A DNA stretch of 49,559 nucleotides from Pseudomonadota bacterium. GTDB lineage: Bacteria > Pseudomonadota > Gammaproteobacteria > Burkholderiales > Burkholderiaceae_C. Shown here one piece after another: positions 46,778 through 49,559 of this stretch. The notes below the pieces were generated by a model. It saw only the letters and a list, made by a program, of their open reading frames with translations, did not search any database and was not told the origin of the DNA. The position numbers were made by a program, and so were the translations under genes. Every line of letters starts with the position of its first letter. Position 1 is the first letter of the stretch. The stretch is from the NCBI GenBank assembly GCA_041165385.1, contig JBEANP010000001.1, positions 1 through 49,559 of the forward strand. The letters run 5' to 3'.

Positions 46778-48862
46778 CTAGGCGCTAGCCATCTGTGCGG
46801 ATGCTGCCAGGCGTTCCACCTGCACCGCGCAGTCGTAAAACGTGGGGCCGTTGCCCATGTCGGTCAGCCGCTGACTGGTTAGCTCGTTCACGTTGGTTCC
46901 ATCTAGCCCCAGTTTGCGCCACCACACGCCCAAACCGTTCACCACGCCCGTGCGAGCCCGCTCGCCCACTCGTGCGGTGCATTGGTAGCTGCCACGCGCA
47001 TTGAACACGCGTACTACGTCGCCGCTGGCAATTCCCCGGGCTTGCGCATCGGCGGCCGACATTTCCAGCAACGGTTCGCCTTCAATATCGCGCAGGCTTT
47101 TCACATTCACAAACGTGGAGTTCAAAAAGTTGCGCGCTGGCGGCGAAATCATGGCCAGTGGGTACAGGCCCTGCGGTTCGGGTACTTCAAAGTTGGGCAC
47201 ATGGTTGGGCACGCCGTCTTGCCCTTGGGCAATGAGCCGCTGGCTGACAAATTCGCAAGTGCCGCTGGGGGTGGGAAAGCCCCCTTCAGCAAATGGTGCG
47301 TCCTTGACAGGCAGCGGCACAAAGCCATCGCGCTCCAGCGCTGCGTAGTCAATGGTGTTGCCGAATGCGGCTTTGCACAGCGTCTGGTCGTCATCGGCAA
47401 AGCAGGGGTCGGTAAAGCCCATGTGTTGCGCCAGTTCCCGGAAAATTTGCGTGTTGGGTTTGGCCTGGCCTACAGGCGCAATCGACGGCTTATTGAGCAG
47501 TACATCGGTGTGACCGTAGCTGGTGTGAATGTCCCAGTGCTCCAGCTGCGTGGTGGCGGGCAGCACGTAGTCGGCGTAGTCGGCCGTGTCGGTATGGAAG
47601 TGCTCCAGCACCACGGTGAACAGGTCTTCGCGGGCAAAGCCTTGCACCACTTTGCTTGACTCAGGGGCCACCGCTACCGGGTTGCTGTTGTACACGATCA
47701 CCGCATCAATGGTGGGGCCAAAGGCAGCGCTCTCTGGGCGCAGCAGGTCGTCACCAATGGTGCTCATGTTGATGATGCGAGGATTACGCCCGGCCAGCAA
47801 ATCCGGGCGTTGCAACGCTGCCTTGTTAGCCGGAAAGGTGCCCGAGCTGGACAACAGCACGCCCCCGGCGCGATGCCGCCAAGCACCGATGAGTGCAGGC
47901 AGGCAAGCAATGGCGCGCACCGCGTTGCCACCGCCGCGTACGCGCTGCAGGCCATAGTTCATGCGGATGGCGGCAGGTGTGCCTTCTGCAAACGCCATGC
48001 CGTAGTCTCGGGCTAACGATTCCACTTGCGCCAAGGGAATGCCGCATACCTGCGCCACGCGCTCGGGTGGCCACTCCAACGCGCGGGTACGCAGGGCGTT
48101 CCAACCGGTGGTGTAGCCGGCAATGTAGTCGTGGTCCAGCCATTGGTGGGTAATGAGCTGGTGCATCATGCCCAAGGCCAGCGCTGCGTCCGTGCCGGGT
48201 AGCAGGGCAATGTGCTCGTGGCATTTGTCGGCCGTCTCGGTGCGGCGCGGGTCAATGCAAATCACCTTGGCGCCGTTGCGCTTGGCGGTTTGCACATGGC
48301 GCCAGAAATGCAGGTTGCTGCCAATCGAGTTGCTGCCCCAGATCAAAATGAGTTTGGATTCCGCAAAAAACTCCACCCGCATGCCCACCTTGCCGCCCAA
48401 CGTTTGCACCAGCCCTTCGCCCCCAGCGGAGGCGCATATGGTGCGGTCTAGTTGCGATGCGCCCAGTTGGTTGAAAAAGCGTGCAGCAATGCTTTCCCCC
48501 TGCACCTGGCCCATAGTGCCTGCGTAGCTGTAAGGCAGGATGCGCTCGGCTCCGCGTGGGCCGTTGGCCGTTATGGCTTTAAGCCGAGTGGCGATGTCAC
48601 TCAATGCCTCTTCCCAGCCCACTGGTTCAAACTGGCCCGAGCCCTTGGGCCCGATGCGGCGCAACGGCTGCGTGATGCGCTCGGGGTGGTAGGTGCGCTC
48701 GGTGTAGCGCGCCACCTTGGTACACAGGGCGCCGCCAGTCGCCGGGTGGTTGGGGTTGCCATGCACCTTGATGGCAATACCGTTTTGCACGGTGGTCACC
48801 ATGGAGCAGGTGTCGGGGCAATCGTGGGGGCAGGCGCCCAGAATTTCGGTGGAATCATTCAT
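46778..48862 (-). CDS. Molybdopterin-dependent oxidoreductase
   Basis: N-terminal CPHDCPDTC...LCTK Fe-S motif, TDTADYADYVLPAT, and C-terminal molybdopterin-dinucleotide-binding domain; start set at ATG 48862. Confidence 0.93.
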   Translation of the reverse strand: MNDSTEILGACPHDCPDTCSMVTTVQNGIAIKVHGNPNHPATGGALCTKVARYTERTYHPERITQPLRRIGPKGSGQFEPVGWEEALSDIATRLKAITANGPRGAERILPYSYAGTMGQVQGESIAARFFNQLGASQLDRTICASAGGEGLVQTLGGKVGMRVEFFAESKLILIWGSNSIGSNLHFWRHVQTAKRNGAKVICIDPRRTETADKCHEHIALLPGTDAALALGMMHQLITHQWLDHDYIAGYTTGWNALRTRALEWPPERVAQVCGIPLAQVESLARDYGMAFAEGTPAAIRMNYGLQRVRGGGNAVRAIACLPALIGAWRHRAGGVLLSSSGTFPANKAALQRPDLLAGRNPRIINMSTIGDDLLRPESAAFGPTIDAVIVYNSNPVAVAPESSKVVQGFAREDLFTVVLEHFHTDTADYADYVLPATTQLEHWDIHTSYGHTDVLLNKPSIAPVGQAKPNTQIFRELAQHMGFTDPCFADDDQTLCKAAFGNTIDYAALERDGFVPLPVKDAPFAEGGFPTPSGTCEFVSQRLIAQGQDGVPNHVPNFEVPEPQGLYPLAMISPPARNFLNSTFVNVKSLRDIEGEPLLEMSAADAQARGIASGDVVRVFNARGSYQCTARVGERARTGVVNGLGVWWRKLGLDGTNVNELTSQRLTDMGNGPTFYDCAVQVERLAASAQMASA

Positions 48863-48899
48863 GCCAGCAATGGTAAACCGCCAGCGCCATAATGCTTTT

Positions 48900-49559
48900 A
48901 TGAAACTCCTAGACGCCCTTGTCACTAACGCCGCCAGCATAGCCGCAGTCCGCCGCGACCTGCATGCGCACCCCGAGTTGTGTTTCAAAGAAGTCCGCAC
49001 TGCCGACGTGGTGGCCGACAAACTCACGCAGTGGGGCATCCCCATCCACCGGGGGTTGGGCACCACCGGCGTGGTGGGCATTGTCAAAGCAGGTACGTCT
49101 GAGCGCGCCATCGCGCTGCGTGCCGATATGGACGCCTTGCCAATGCAAGAGTTCAACACCTTTGCCCACGCCAGCCAACACCCCGGCAAGATGCACGCCT
49201 GCGGCCATGACGGTCACACCGCCATGTTGCTTGCGGCAGCCCAGCACTTGGCCACGCATCGCAACTTTGACGGCACGGTGTACTTGGTTTTTCAGCCAGC
49301 AGAAGAGGGCGGTGGCGGTGCACGCGAGATGATTAAAGACGGGCTGTTTGACAAATTCCCGGTGCAGGCGGTGTTTGGCATGCACAACTGGCCAGGCTCC
49401 GAGGTGGGCAAGTTTGCAGTGAGTGCAGGCCCGGTAATGGCGTCTAGCAACGAGTTTCGCATCACCATCCGCGGCAAGGGCGGCCACGCGGCCATGCCGC
49501 ACAACGCTATTGACCCGGTGCCGGTGGCCTGCCAGATGGTGCAGGCGTTTCAGACCATC
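48900..49559 (+). CDS. M20 family amidohydrolase (hippurate hydrolase-like), 3'-truncated by the window end
   Basis: Translated by hand: RRDLHAHPEL, LRADMDALP, MHACGHDGH, FQPAEEGGGG. Absent from the ORF track because it has no stop in the window. Confidence 0.93.
   Translation, partial: MKLLDALVTNAASIAAVRRDLHAHPELCFKEVRTADVVADKLTQWGIPIHRGLGTTGVVGIVKAGTSERAIALRADMDALPMQEFNTFAHASQHPGKMHACGHDGHTAMLLAAAQHLATHRNFDGTVYLVFQPAEEGGGGAREMIKDGLFDKFPVQAVFGMHNWPGSEVGKFAVSAGPVMASSNEFRITIRGKGGHAAMPHNAIDPVPVACQMVQAFQTI

Noticed and set aside
48863-49189. N-terminal 109 aa of the 803 aa ORF in the track
   Set aside because: It is antisense to the M20 amidohydrolase; the molybdopterin oxidoreductase Fe-S motif begins just after ATG 48862.
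1-49559. CRISPR array, rRNA, complete tRNA, IS transposase
   Set aside because: No regularly spaced direct repeats, cloverleaf, rRNA sequence or DDE/HUH transposase ORF recognised by eye.

Overview
Betaproteobacterial (Comamonadaceae-like) chromosomal window made up mostly of a defence-rich accessory region. Left end (0.3-7.3 kb): XRE regulator, excisionase-like gene and tyrosine integrase, followed by small cargo genes including two HAD phosphatases. From 7.6 to 27.4 kb on the minus strand is a complete BREX type 2 (Pgl) operon, XRE-pglW-pglX-pglY-pglZ-brxD-brxHI, with an MqsR/MqsA/SecB-like toxin-antitoxin-chaperone (TAC) module inserted between pglX and pglY. From 27.9 to 33.5 kb is an AT-richer three-gene operon encoding two very large tyrosine-recombinase-like proteins, with palindrome-dense non-coding DNA on both sides. 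From 34.5 to 37.9 kb is an uncharacterised two-gene module (GHKL/histidine-kinase-like ATPase plus a tandem degenerate PRTase protein), then a second MqsRA pair. From 39.6 to 44.2 kb is a Zorya type III cluster (zorF-zorA-zorB-zorG) with a co-oriented 2OG-Fe(II)-oxygenase-like gene. The remainder is ferritin-like, LLM monooxygenase, DUF2721, molybdopterin oxidoreductase and M20 amidohydrolase genes. No CRISPR array, rRNA or complete tRNA was seen. All family calls come from motif recognition by eye, not database searches. Best candidates for undescribed biology: the ATPase/PRTase pair, the giant recombinase trio, the TAC nested in BREX-2, and the possible fifth Zorya III gene.
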